Made by a program: the position numbers and the translations under genes. Of a stretch of 33,631 nucleotides of DNA, positions 10,040 to 18,552 are shown piece by piece. The stretch's first letter is position 1; the number at the start of each line of letters is the position of its first letter. Under the pieces are notes generated by a model. It did no database searches and was not told the origin of the DNA. It worked only from the letters and a program-made list of their open reading frames with translations. This DNA comes from Candidatus Eiseniibacteriota bacterium (lineage in GTDB: Bacteria > ARS69): assembly GCA_052390515.1 (NCBI GenBank), contig JBQTGV010000103.1, positions 1-33,631 of the forward strand. The letters run 5' to 3'.

Positions 10040-10653
10040 CGCGTCTTCCCGTCGGGAGTGGGCGGCCGATCGGGCGGACCGATCGGTTCGGCGATCCGGC
10101 CGCCGTTCGTCGAGGCCGCTTCGCCCCGCATCTCCGCCGCCGCGACCTTCACCGCCTCGATGATCTTCAAATAGCCGGTGCAGCGGCACATGTTCCCCGA
10201 GATGGCCCGGCGAATCTCGCGGTCTGTGGGATCGGGATTCCCCTCCACGAGCGCGACCGAGGTCATGATGAAGCCGGGAGTGCAATACCCGCACTGCGAG
10301 CCGCCCTTCTGGTGGAACGCGCGCTGCACAGGGTGCAGGTCCGTACCGAGCGGCGCGACGTCCTCGATCGTCCGGATCCGCTTCCCCTCGGCGAGGAGCG
10401 TGAGGGTGAGACACGAGAGGGTCGGCACCCCGTCCACATGCACGGTGCAGCAGCCGCAGGTGCCCATGTCGCAACCGCGGGTCGTCCCGGTGAGGCCGAG
10501 GTCGTCGCGGATGGTGTCGAGCAGGACGTCGTACGGACGAACCGCCACATCCCGGACCTGGTCGTTCACATGCAGTCGACAGAGCACGCGCCCGGGCCTC
10601 TCCGGAGGCGCCTCCGGCGGCCTTTCGCCCCTCTTCAAGGGATGCTCGGACAT
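10036..10653 (-). CDS. hcrC: (2Fe-2S)-binding subunit, HcrC/CoxS-like (205 aa)
   Basis: GCDMGTCGCC, QCGYCTPG and NMCRCTGY motifs. GGAGG RBS upstream of the ATG at 10653. Confidence 0.85.
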   Translation of the reverse strand: MSEHPLKRGERPPEAPPERPGRVLCRLHVNDQVRDVAVRPYDVLLDTIRDDLGLTGTTRGCDMGTCGCCTVHVDGVPTLSCLTLTLLAEGKRIRTIEDVAPLGTDLHPVQRAFHQKGGSQCGYCTPGFIMTSVALVEGNPDPTDREIRRAISGNMCRCTGYLKIIEAVKVAAAEMRGEAASTNGGRIAEPIGPPDRPPTPDGKTR

Positions 10654-10843
10654 CCGCCCTCCGTGACCGGTGGCCGCGACAGTGGTCGAGGATACCTGCA
10701 CGCCGCGCGGCCGAGGAAGCCGGTTTCGCCCGGGCGGCGGCAGGGCGGGGCTTGCGCTGCGAGGCGAACGGGGCGAAACTCGGTTCGGGAGGCTCGGAGC
10801 CGGCGCGTCCCGGAGAGAGTTGCGCCACGATCGCCGTAACTCT

Positions 10844-10857
10844 TTGCTATCAAGCAA
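10844..10857. promoter_or_regulatory. Palindrome TTGCT-N4-AGCAA, candidate Crp/Fnr-family operator
   Basis: Perfect 5-4-5 dyad in the AT-richer part of the divergent hcrC/HMA intergenic region. Confidence 0.35.
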
Positions 10858-10980
10858 CCTAAAGGTCCGGCCGAACCAAGTCAAGGCAACGGTGGTTACA
10901 ACGTCGAGTTCTGGTCACCGGTCGGCCGGCCCGACCGTACAGTCCGGTGGCGATTCACCCTCACCAGGAGATCCTGTCCG

Positions 10981-11982
10981 ATGCGCTTCCTTCGTCCGCT
11001 GCGGGTCGCTCTGCCCGTCCTGCTGATCGCCGCGGCCGCCGTGCCGGCGGTCGCCTGTACCATCGAGTCCGCGTTCATCAACGGCAAGTTCGACGGCGAA
11101 GGTCGCTTCGTCGTGACCAGCGCCCTGGATTGCTGCGGGAAGGCTCTCTCGATCGAGAGCTTCACCTGCGAGAAGCTGACTGTGGAGCCTGGAGTCGCCC
11201 TGACGGCGTCCAGCCACGGTGACCAGACGGTCTACGCCGTCGGGAACCTCGATCCCGAGCACCGCACGGTGCACTTGACTCGTGTCACCACCGACGCCTC
11301 CGTCGCGGAAGCGGCCGTCGCGCAGGCGCGCAGCACCACGAAGGTTGCGAACGCCGGCGCGGGTTGCTGCGCGGCGAAGGGCGCCTCGGCGGCGAGCGCC
11401 ACTGCGGCCAGCGCGGGCGCGGGTGCCTGTGCGGCGAAGGATGCCACGGCGATGAGCGCTGGCGCAGGTGCCTGCGCGGCCAAGGGTGCCACGGTGAGCG
11501 CGAGCGCCGGTCACTGCGCGGCGAAGGGCGCCACGGTGAGCGCGGGCGCGGGTGCCTGCGCGGCGAAGGGTGCCGATGCGGCGAGCGCGGGCGCCGGTCA
11601 TTGCACGGCCAAGGGCGCCACGGCGACCGCGGCCGGCGCGGGTGCGGCGTGTTCCGGCGTTGCGAAGAGCGCCGATGCGAAGTCGGTCGCGGCGCCGGCG
11701 GCGAACCAGGTCGTGTTCGCGGTGTCCGGAATGACCTGCGGCGGTTGCGCCTCCAAGGTGCAGTCGGCGGTCAAGGCTCTCGAGTTCACCCAGGTGACGA
11801 ACTGCGAGGTCGACGTGGCCAAGGCGACGGCGGTCCTCACGCTCGCCGAAGGTCAGAAGGTCGACTCGGATGCGGTGGCGAAGGCGATCACCGCGGCCGG
11901 TTTCCCGGCGCAGCCTCAGGCCGTGCCCGCCGAGGCCGGGGAGGAGGCTTCCAAGACCGAGGAAGCCACCTCCACGAACTGA
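10981..11982 (+). CDS. Secreted heavy-metal-associated (HMA) domain protein with Cys/Ala/Gly tandem repeats (333 aa)
   Basis: AGGAG RBS, signal peptide ending AVA|C, repeat block, and C-terminal HMA domain ([15 protein letters not shown]...AITAAGF). Confidence 0.85.
   Translation: MRFLRPLRVALPVLLIAAAAVPAVACTIESAFINGKFDGEGRFVVTSALDCCGKALSIESFTCEKLTVEPGVALTASSHGDQTVYAVGNLDPEHRTVHLTRVTTDASVAEAAVAQARSTTKVANAGAGCCAAKGASAASATAASAGAGACAAKDATAMSAGAGACAAKGATVSASAGHCAAKGATVSAGAGACAAKGADAASAGAGHCTAKGATATAAGAGAACSGVAKSADAKSVAAPAANQVVFAVSGMTCGGCASKVQSAVKALEFTQVTNCEVDVAKATAVLTLAEGQKVDSDAVAKAITAAGFPAQPQAVPAEAGEEASKTEEATSTN
11353..11658 (+). repeat. About 7 imperfect in-frame repeats (mostly 14-15 codons), consensus AGAG[AHC]CAAKGAxxS
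   Basis: [11 protein letters not shown].., [11 protein letters not shown].., [11 protein letters not shown].., [11 protein letters not shown].., [11 protein letters not shown].., [11 protein letters not shown].., AGAGAACSG. Confidence 0.9.
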
Positions 11983-12004
11983 TCCAGCTCGACACGGAAG
12001 TCCG

Positions 12005-12038
12005 GGGGAGGGTGCATGCGCGCACCCTCCCCTTTTTT
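12005..12038 (+). terminator. Intrinsic (rho-independent) terminator of the HMA gene
   Basis: Perfect 11-bp stem GGGGAGGGTGC / GCACCCTCCCC with a 6-nt loop, followed by TTTTTT. Confidence 0.9.
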
Positions 12039-12088
12039 CTGCCGTCGGGCTCAGCGGCAAGTCTCTCGCCGGTACTGCCTACGGCGGC

Positions 12089-12117
12089 TTGAGGCTCCCT
12101 GCCGCGGCGGCTAAACT
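12089..12117 (+). promoter_or_regulatory. Putative sigma70 promoter of acs
   Basis: TTGAGG-N17-TAAACT, 40 nt upstream of the acs ATG. Confidence 0.55.
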
Positions 12118-12157
12118 CCCGCCCTCGCCCGAGCCCCCCGCTCTCCCGGAGGAAACG

Positions 12158-14107
12158 ATGCCCGAACAGACGATCGCGAACCTGCTCCGGGAGGACCGCA
12201 CGTTCCCGCCGACGGAGGCTTTCCGGAAAGCGGCGAACGTCTCGAGCGCGTCGATCTACGAACAGGGCGAGGATCTCGAGCGATTCTGGGCGGCGCACGC
12301 CGAGCAGTTCGACTGGTTCCGCAAGTGGGACCGGGTCCTCGAGTGGAACTGCCCCGACGCCAAGTGGTTCGTGGGCGGCCAACTGAACATCACCGTCAAC
12401 TGCCTGGACCGCCACCTCCGTTCGGCCCGCCGAAACAAGGCCGCGATCTTCTGGGAGGGCGAGCCCGGCGAGGAGCGGGTGCTCACCTACGCCGACCTCC
12501 ACCGGGAGACCTGCCGCTTCGCCAACGGCCTGAAGAAGCTGGGCGTCGGCAAGGGAGACCGCGTCACGATCTACCTCGGGATGGTGCCGGAGCTGCCCAT
12601 CGCCATGCTGGCCTGCGCTCGCATCGGCGCGGCCCACTCGGTGATCTTCGCCGGGTTCAGCCCCGACGCCATCCGCGAACGCATCAACGACTCCCAGTCC
12701 AAGGTGGTCGTGACCGCCGACGGGGGATGGCGCCGCGGCCGGGTGCTCCCGCTCAAGAAGGCCGTCGACGAGGCGCTCGACGGCTGCGAGAGCGTCGAGA
12801 GCGTGGTGGTCGTCCAGCGCGTCGGCCACGAGTCCGGCGCCCAACTGAAGCCCGGCCGGGATCACTGGTGGCACGACCTCGTGGAAGGCACGCCGCGCAC
12901 CTGCGAGCCGGAGGTCATGGATTCGGAGGACCTGCTCTACATCCTCTACACCAGCGGCACCACGGGTAAGCCCAAGGGGATCGCGCACACGACCGCCGGC
13001 TACCTCGTGGCCACGGCGATGACGCACCGCTGGGTCTTCGATCTGAAGGACGAGGACGTGTACTGGTGCACGGCCGACATCGGCTGGGTGACAGGCCACA
13101 GCTACGTGGTGTACGGGCCGATGGCCAACGGCGCGACGCAGGTGATGTACGAAGGCTCGCCCGACTGGCCGGAGCGGGACCGCTTCTGGGACCTCTGTGC
13201 GAAGTACGGCGTCACCATCTTCTACACCGCGCCGACCGCCATCCGCACATTCATGCGCTGGGGACGCGAGCATCCCGACAAGCACGATCTCTCGCGGCTG
13301 CGGCTCCTCGGCACGGTGGGCGAGCCGATCAACCCCGAAGCGTGGATCTGGTACCACCAGGTCATCGGCAAGGAGCGCTGTCCCGTCGTGGACACCTGGT
13401 GGCAGACCGAGACCGGCGCGATCATGATCTCGCCGCTTCCAGGCCTCACCACCACGAAGCCCGGTTCCGCCACGGTCCCGCTTCCCGGCGTCGAGGCCGA
13501 CGTGGTGGACGGCGACGGCAAGAGCGTCCCCCTCGGCGAGGGCGGCTTCCTCGTGCTGAAGCGCCCGTGGCCATCCATGCTGCGCGGCATCTGGGGCGAT
13601 CCGGAGCGCTACCGCGAGGTGTACTGGTCGCGCTTCCCCGGAATGTACTTCCCCGGCGACGGCTGCAAGCGCGACGAAGAAGGATACTACTGGCTGCTCG
13701 GCCGCGTGGACGACGTCATGCTCGTCTCCGGCCACAACATCAGCACGATGGAAGTCGAGTCCGCCCTCGTCGACCACAAGAGCGTGGCCGAAGCCGCCGT
13801 AGTCGGTGTGCCCCACGAGATCAAGGGGCAGGGCATCGCCGCGTTCGTGACGCTCCGGCAGGGGTTCAACGGCGGCCACGACGCGCGCGAGACATTGCGC
13901 GACCACGTCTCCATGAAGATCGGGCCGATCGCCAAGCCGGACGAGATCTTCTTCACCGCGGAGCTGCCCAAGACGCGCAGCGGGAAGATCATGCGTCGCC
14001 TGCTCCGGGACATCGCCGAGGGACGCGCGCTCGGAGACACGACGACGCTCGCCGATCCCGCGGTGGTGCAGAAGCTCCGCGTGCAGTACGAGGACAAGGA
14101 AGCCTGA
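12158..14107 (+). CDS. acs: Acetyl-CoA synthetase (649 aa)
   Basis: GGAGG RBS. Motifs [34 protein letters not shown] and [12 protein letters not shown]. Confidence 0.97.
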   Translation: MPEQTIANLLREDRTFPPTEAFRKAANVSSASIYEQGEDLERFWAAHAEQFDWFRKWDRVLEWNCPDAKWFVGGQLNITVNCLDRHLRSARRNKAAIFWEGEPGEERVLTYADLHRETCRFANGLKKLGVGKGDRVTIYLGMVPELPIAMLACARIGAAHSVIFAGFSPDAIRERINDSQSKVVVTADGGWRRGRVLPLKKAVDEALDGCESVESVVVVQRVGHESGAQLKPGRDHWWHDLVEGTPRTCEPEVMDSEDLLYILYTSGTTGKPKGIAHTTAGYLVATAMTHRWVFDLKDEDVYWCTADIGWVTGHSYVVYGPMANGATQVMYEGSPDWPERDRFWDLCAKYGVTIFYTAPTAIRTFMRWGREHPDKHDLSRLRLLGTVGEPINPEAWIWYHQVIGKERCPVVDTWWQTETGAIMISPLPGLTTTKPGSATVPLPGVEADVVDGDGKSVPLGEGGFLVLKRPWPSMLRGIWGDPERYREVYWSRFPGMYFPGDGCKRDEEGYYWLLGRVDDVMLVSGHNISTMEVESALVDHKSVAEAAVVGVPHEIKGQGIAAFVTLRQGFNGGHDARETLRDHVSMKIGPIAKPDEIFFTAELPKTRSGKIMRRLLRDIAEGRALGDTTTLADPAVVQKLRVQYEDKEA

Positions 14108-14150
14108 CGTGCAGAAGCTCCGCGTGCCGCACCAGGACGAGGAAGCCTGA
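14066..14150 (+). repeat. Tandem duplication of the last 42 bp of acs (period 43, 38/42 identical)
   Basis: Copy 1 at 14066-14107 is GTGCAGAAGCTCCGCGTGCAGTACGAGGACAAGGAAGCCTGA; copy 2 at 14109-14150 is GTGCAGAAGCTCCGCGTGCCGCACCAGGACGAGGAAGCCTGA. Confidence 0.92.
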
Positions 14151-14159
14151 GGTGAGGAC

Positions 14160-15794
14160 TTGATCTTCTGGCTGACCGGCGAACACCACGGCGACACGAT
14201 CCGGCATCGCCTCGAGCCGGGCATCTGCACGGTCGGGCGAAGCGCCACGAATGGGCTGCCGCTTCCCAGCCAGACCGTCTCCCGTGCGCACGCCGAGATC
14301 CGCGTGGCGGACGGCGGCGTCCGCATCGTCGATCTCAACAGCCTGAACGGCACGCGGGTCAACGGCATCGCCGTCGAGCCGGGACAACCGCGAGAGGCCC
14401 AACCGGGCGACCTGATCGAGTTCGGCAGCGTCGTGCTGCGGCTGGCCGACCGCGAGGACTCCTCCGTTCCCACGTGGAGCGAGGACGGCCGCATCTCCGA
14501 GAGCATCCATCTGTCCCGCGAGGACACGGGGCAGAGCGCACTCGAGCTGGCCGCGCAGGACTCGCGCCTGCTCGGCCTCGTCATCGAGGCGGGACAGCTT
14601 CTCGTCGACCCCGGCGATCCGCAGGAGACGTTCGAGCAAATCGTGGAGCTCGTGGAGCGAGTCATCCCGGCGACGCGCATCCTGATCCTGGAGAAGGAGG
14701 GCGAAGGCCAGCCCGTGCAACGGGCCGCGAGAGAAAAGGGAACGAGAGCGCTGTCCCCGTTGATGCTGAGCCGCACCATGGTCCGAATGGTCCTGAACGA
14801 CGGCGCCTCGCTCCTCACCGGGGACGCGCAGGCGGACGACCGCTTCAAGAACCAGCAGTCGATCGTCGCTCAGGATCTGCACTCGGCCATGGCCGCGCCC
14901 CTCGTGCACGACGAGGACATCATGGGCATCCTCTACGTCGACACCGTGGATCCAGTGACGAGCTACTCCGAGCGCGACCTCCGCGTGCTCACGCTCCTCG
15001 GGCAGATGCTCGGCGCGAAGATCGCGAACGCGCGGCTCGTGCTCATCCGTCAGGAGAAGGAACGGTTGCAGCGGGATCTGGAGACCGCGGCCGCGATCCA
15101 GCGGAGGCTCTTGCCGTCGCGGCTGCCCGACGTGCCCGGGTACCACCTGCGCGGGCGGCAGGACACCTGCGAGGACGTCGGCGGAGACCTGTACGACGCG
15201 GGCGCCACGGCGTCCGGCGGGTGCCAGATCGTCCTCGGTGACGTCAGCGGCAAGGGCATCGGGGCGGCCCTGTTGATGTCCGACGTGCTCGGGGCCATCC
15301 GCGTGCTCCGCGAGGAGGGCGTCGGACCGCACGACACTGTCGCCCGCCTCGACCGGCACCTGCTGCAGACGACGCAGCCGGAGCACTACGTGACGTTGTT
15401 CCTGGCCGAGCTGGATCCGCAGACGCACCGCCTCGTCTATGTGAACTCCGGCCACCCGCCGGCCCTGCTCGTGTCGTTGGACGGCACGATCACCGAGCTC
15501 GACGCGACCGGGATGCCCGTGGGGCTGGTCGACCTGCCGGTCGAGAAGTTCGCGAGCGGTTCGGTCGACTTCCCGCCGGGATCGAGCCTGATCATCTACT
15601 CGGACGGCATCAGCGAGGCGGAGCGCGGCAGCGAACTGTACGGCGAGGGTCGGCTGGCCCGGTGCCTCCGCGAGTGTGCCGGCAAGAGCGCCGACGAGGT
15701 GCTCGAGGCGATCTTCTCGGACGTGGAGAGCTTTCTCGGAGCGCAGACGCAGCTCGACGACGTGACGCTGCTGGTGGTGACGCGCGAGCGCTAG
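14160..15794 (+). CDS. FHA-GAF-SpoIIE (PP2C) Ser/Thr phosphatase (544 aa)
   Basis: FHA motifs VGR...VSRAHA...DLNSLNGT; GAF SAMAAPL...GILYVD; PP2C VGGDLYD, GDVSGKG, SDG and DDVT. Confidence 0.92.
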   Translation: MIFWLTGEHHGDTIRHRLEPGICTVGRSATNGLPLPSQTVSRAHAEIRVADGGVRIVDLNSLNGTRVNGIAVEPGQPREAQPGDLIEFGSVVLRLADREDSSVPTWSEDGRISESIHLSREDTGQSALELAAQDSRLLGLVIEAGQLLVDPGDPQETFEQIVELVERVIPATRILILEKEGEGQPVQRAAREKGTRALSPLMLSRTMVRMVLNDGASLLTGDAQADDRFKNQQSIVAQDLHSAMAAPLVHDEDIMGILYVDTVDPVTSYSERDLRVLTLLGQMLGAKIANARLVLIRQEKERLQRDLETAAAIQRRLLPSRLPDVPGYHLRGRQDTCEDVGGDLYDAGATASGGCQIVLGDVSGKGIGAALLMSDVLGAIRVLREEGVGPHDTVARLDRHLLQTTQPEHYVTLFLAELDPQTHRLVYVNSGHPPALLVSLDGTITELDATGMPVGLVDLPVEKFASGSVDFPPGSSLIIYSDGISEAERGSELYGEGRLARCLRECAGKSADEVLEAIFSDVESFLGAQTQLDDVTLLVVTRER

Positions 15795-18469
15795 AGCCGT
15801 CCTCCGGCCGTGGCCCTCCCCGACAGCGCCGTTCGCAGCCCGTAGGCGGTCACCGCCAGGATGACGGCGATGACGAGATACGACGCACCCGACCACCAGG
15901 CCGCGCGGTCCAGAGTGATCGGGTAATTGGTCATCAAGAGCTGGAAGAACATCCCCACGATGAACGTGACGAGTCCCAGGCGGAACAGCACGAACGCCCA
16001 GGCCACGCCGACCACCACGCCGTGGACCGCGCCGATGATCTTCGCGTCGCCGGAGGAGCCGAAGTACGTGAACGCGGCGACGATCGCCGCGTAGGCCACC
16101 ATGGCGACGACGTGGTTGCGCAGCAGGATCCGCAGGAAGATCAGGAATAGCAGGATGAACAGCGCGTAGAACACGGCGTTGACGAACCACCCGAAGACCC
16201 ATCCGACGGTCGGGCCGAGAGCGCCCAGCACGAACCACTGGATCCCCTCCGGCGTGGGCGGCGTTCCCCTCGCCGCCCGCACCGCGAGCATCGCCGCGTC
16301 GACGGCGACGTTGAACAGGAAGAAGACTCCGCCGGCCAGGACATCGCGGCCGACCAGAGGATCGCGCCAGCGGCCGGTGATCAGCCGGCTCCACGACACC
16401 ATCTGCTCCGGCCACGTGCGACGCGCGTACGGCTCCAGCGCCAGATAGAAGAGCCACATCAGGGCGCCCACGAAGAGCGAAGCCGCGATCCGCTCGAAGA
16501 ACTTGTTGATGTGGTCGTTCAGGCTGCCCGAGTGATGAGCGCCCAGCTCTCCGAGCACGCACATCAACAGGAAGAGCAGCAGGCTGATCCTGCGCGCTCC
16601 GGCCTGGTCCCCCCGGCCGAGGCGGACGTTGCGGATAGCCAGGAAGACTCCACCGAAGAGCACCGCCAGGATCAGCAGGAGAATGGCGATCACGAAGGCC
16701 TGGTCGGTGAGGTCGATGTCCTGTTTCTCGGAGGGATCCTCCGTCCACGGGCCGATCACGCGGAAGAAGACCGGACGCCCCTGGTACGCCGCGGCCTCGA
16801 CGCGGATCTCCGGTTCCGTTTCGCCACGGAAGGTGCCGATCCAGGCGGCGCGGGTATCGGCGAAGGCCTCCGGCACCCACTCCGGCGCCGCCTCGCGGAA
16901 CGCGGCGAAGTCGAGGTCGGCGGCGGCGAAGAGTGCCGGCCAGTCCGCAAGGACGGTGCTGTCGCCCGCCGATTCGGTCCGCTCCGGGACGGCGTCCAGC
17001 GCGAGCAGTCGACCGGTGCCGTCCAGCCACAGCTCGAGCATGCCGGGCACGGTGCGAGGAGGATCGCCCGGCGCGACGGCGCCGCGGGTCTCGAGCGCGA
17101 CCATGGCCTCGGGACTTTGCCGATACCAGAAGCGAATGGCACCGGGCCGGCGCGTTCCCAGCAAGCTCCAGCGATCCGCGTTCGTGCTGTCGTTCTCGAC
17201 GTGCTCGATCACCTCGCCGTCGGGAGCGAAGCCGAAGGCGCGGTCGCCCGGCGCTTCGCTCCAGCCCAGCGAACCGAGCATCTCCCGCGCCCGATCCTCC
17301 AGCACGGCGGGCGGCTTCGGCGGCGGGTCGTAGTGGTAGATCTTGGAGCGCACGTTCGCCGTCGCGTAGAGCACGATGCCGGCGATCACCGCCGCCACGC
17401 ACGCCGCTCCCGCCGCGGGGCTGACCCCGCCGCGCTTGCCGGCCTGCGCCACCATCTCGAGCGACGGGATCTCGCCCGCGGCGAGCGCGGCCGCGATCGG
17501 ATCCCCGCCGGGAAGTGCCGCCGCCACCGCGATGACCGACGGCGGCCGGTCTGCCGGGTCCTTCTCCAGGCATCGCGCGAGGATCCGCTCCACCGCGGGA
17601 TCGAGGTCGGTGACGATCGACGAGGGGCTCGTCGGCGTTCCTTCGCGTTGCAGCCGGGCCAGCTCGGCCATGGTCCCGGCCTCGAACGCGCGCCGTCCCG
17701 TGAAGATCTCGTAGAGCACCAGGCCGAGCGAGTAGATGTCGCTGCGCGCGTCCACCCCGCGCCCGTCGAGCTGCTCCGGCGCCATGTACGCGGGCGTACC
17801 GACGCGCTGCTTGCCGGCCTCGGCCTGGACCGGGACGGCCAGCCCGAAGTCGGTGATGCGGACGCGGCCGCGGCCGTCGATCATCACGTTGGACGGCTTG
17901 AGGTCGCGGTGGAGAAGGCCGCGGTCGTGCAACGCGGCGAGACCTGCGCAGAGCTGCCGCGCGATCTCCACCGCCTTCTCGCCGGGCAGCCGGCCGATGC
18001 GTCGCAGCAGGGAGGACAGATCCTCGCCGTCGACGTACTCCATGGAGAGGAAGGTCTGCCCCTCGGTCTCGCCGATGTCGTAGACACGGCAGACGTTGGG
18101 GTGGGCGACCTCGCGCGCGGTCCGCGCCTCGGAGACGAACAGCTCGCGGCGCTCCTCGTTCTCGGCGAGCGCCTCGGCGAGAAACTTGAGCGCGACCGAC
18201 TGCCCCAGCGTGAGGTCGTCCGCGCGGTAGACCTCGCCCATTCCCCCGCTGCCGAGCAGACCCACGATCCGGTAGCGGCCGGCGATCATCGTGCCGGCGG
18301 GGAACCGCGCGTAGGCCCCGGTGGACGTGGAGGACAGGGAGGACACGGAGGGCGATGGCGGCGGCAGCCTCCGGCTCGGGAGGGTCGCGTCGGCCGACAG
18401 GGGGGTTCCGCAGGACGGACAGAACCGGTCGTTGTCGGAAGCCTGCGCCCGGCACTTCGGGCAGACCAT
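15791..18469 (-). CDS. Hanks-type Ser/Thr kinase with N-terminal zinc ribbon, extracytoplasmic domain and multi-TM C-terminus (892 aa)
   Basis: CPKC..CPSC, GSGGMGEVY, VALK, HRDLKPSN, DFG and YMAPE. A TM helix follows, then a soluble domain and about 7 hydrophobic segments. GGAGG lies upstream of the ATG at 18469. Confidence 0.92.
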   Translation of the reverse strand: MVCPKCRAQASDNDRFCPSCGTPLSADATLPSRRLPPPSPSVSSLSSTSTGAYARFPAGTMIAGRYRIVGLLGSGGMGEVYRADDLTLGQSVALKFLAEALAENEERRELFVSEARTAREVAHPNVCRVYDIGETEGQTFLSMEYVDGEDLSSLLRRIGRLPGEKAVEIARQLCAGLAALHDRGLLHRDLKPSNVMIDGRGRVRITDFGLAVPVQAEAGKQRVGTPAYMAPEQLDGRGVDARSDIYSLGLVLYEIFTGRRAFEAGTMAELARLQREGTPTSPSSIVTDLDPAVERILARCLEKDPADRPPSVIAVAAALPGGDPIAAALAAGEIPSLEMVAQAGKRGGVSPAAGAACVAAVIAGIVLYATANVRSKIYHYDPPPKPPAVLEDRAREMLGSLGWSEAPGDRAFGFAPDGEVIEHVENDSTNADRWSLLGTRRPGAIRFWYRQSPEAMVALETRGAVAPGDPPRTVPGMLELWLDGTGRLLALDAVPERTESAGDSTVLADWPALFAAADLDFAAFREAAPEWVPEAFADTRAAWIGTFRGETEPEIRVEAAAYQGRPVFFRVIGPWTEDPSEKQDIDLTDQAFVIAILLLILAVLFGGVFLAIRNVRLGRGDQAGARRISLLLFLLMCVLGELGAHHSGSLNDHINKFFERIAASLFVGALMWLFYLALEPYARRTWPEQMVSWSRLITGRWRDPLVGRDVLAGGVFFLFNVAVDAAMLAVRAARGTPPTPEGIQWFVLGALGPTVGWVFGWFVNAVFYALFILLFLIFLRILLRNHVVAMVAYAAIVAAFTYFGSSGDAKIIGAVHGVVVGVAWAFVLFRLGLVTFIVGMFFQLLMTNYPITLDRAAWWSGASYLVIAVILAVTAYGLRTALSGRATAGGRL

Positions 18470-18552
18470 GCGCCGCTGACCTCCGCTTCTCCTTCGGGGA
18501 CGGCGAGCGTAATCTCTCCGCCACCCGCTCGACGAGCCGAAAGGAAACCCGC

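Noticed and set aside
10654..10830. Possible Moco riboswitch upstream of the molybdoenzyme operon (CTCCGAGC and GCCTCCCG words on the minus strand)
   Set aside because: The two words overlap each other instead of bracketing a multi-stem junction next to the SD. An Rfam scan would be needed and I cannot support the call.
11353..11658. Cys repeats as a RiPP precursor or CRISPR-like array
   Set aside because: The repeats are degenerate, in frame within a signal-peptide/HMA protein and have no unique spacers. No modifying enzymes or cas genes are nearby.
14066..14150. acs duplication as the att site of an intact mobile element
   Set aside because: The copies are adjacent and no integrase or transposase is in the window, so it is kept only as a duplication or scar.
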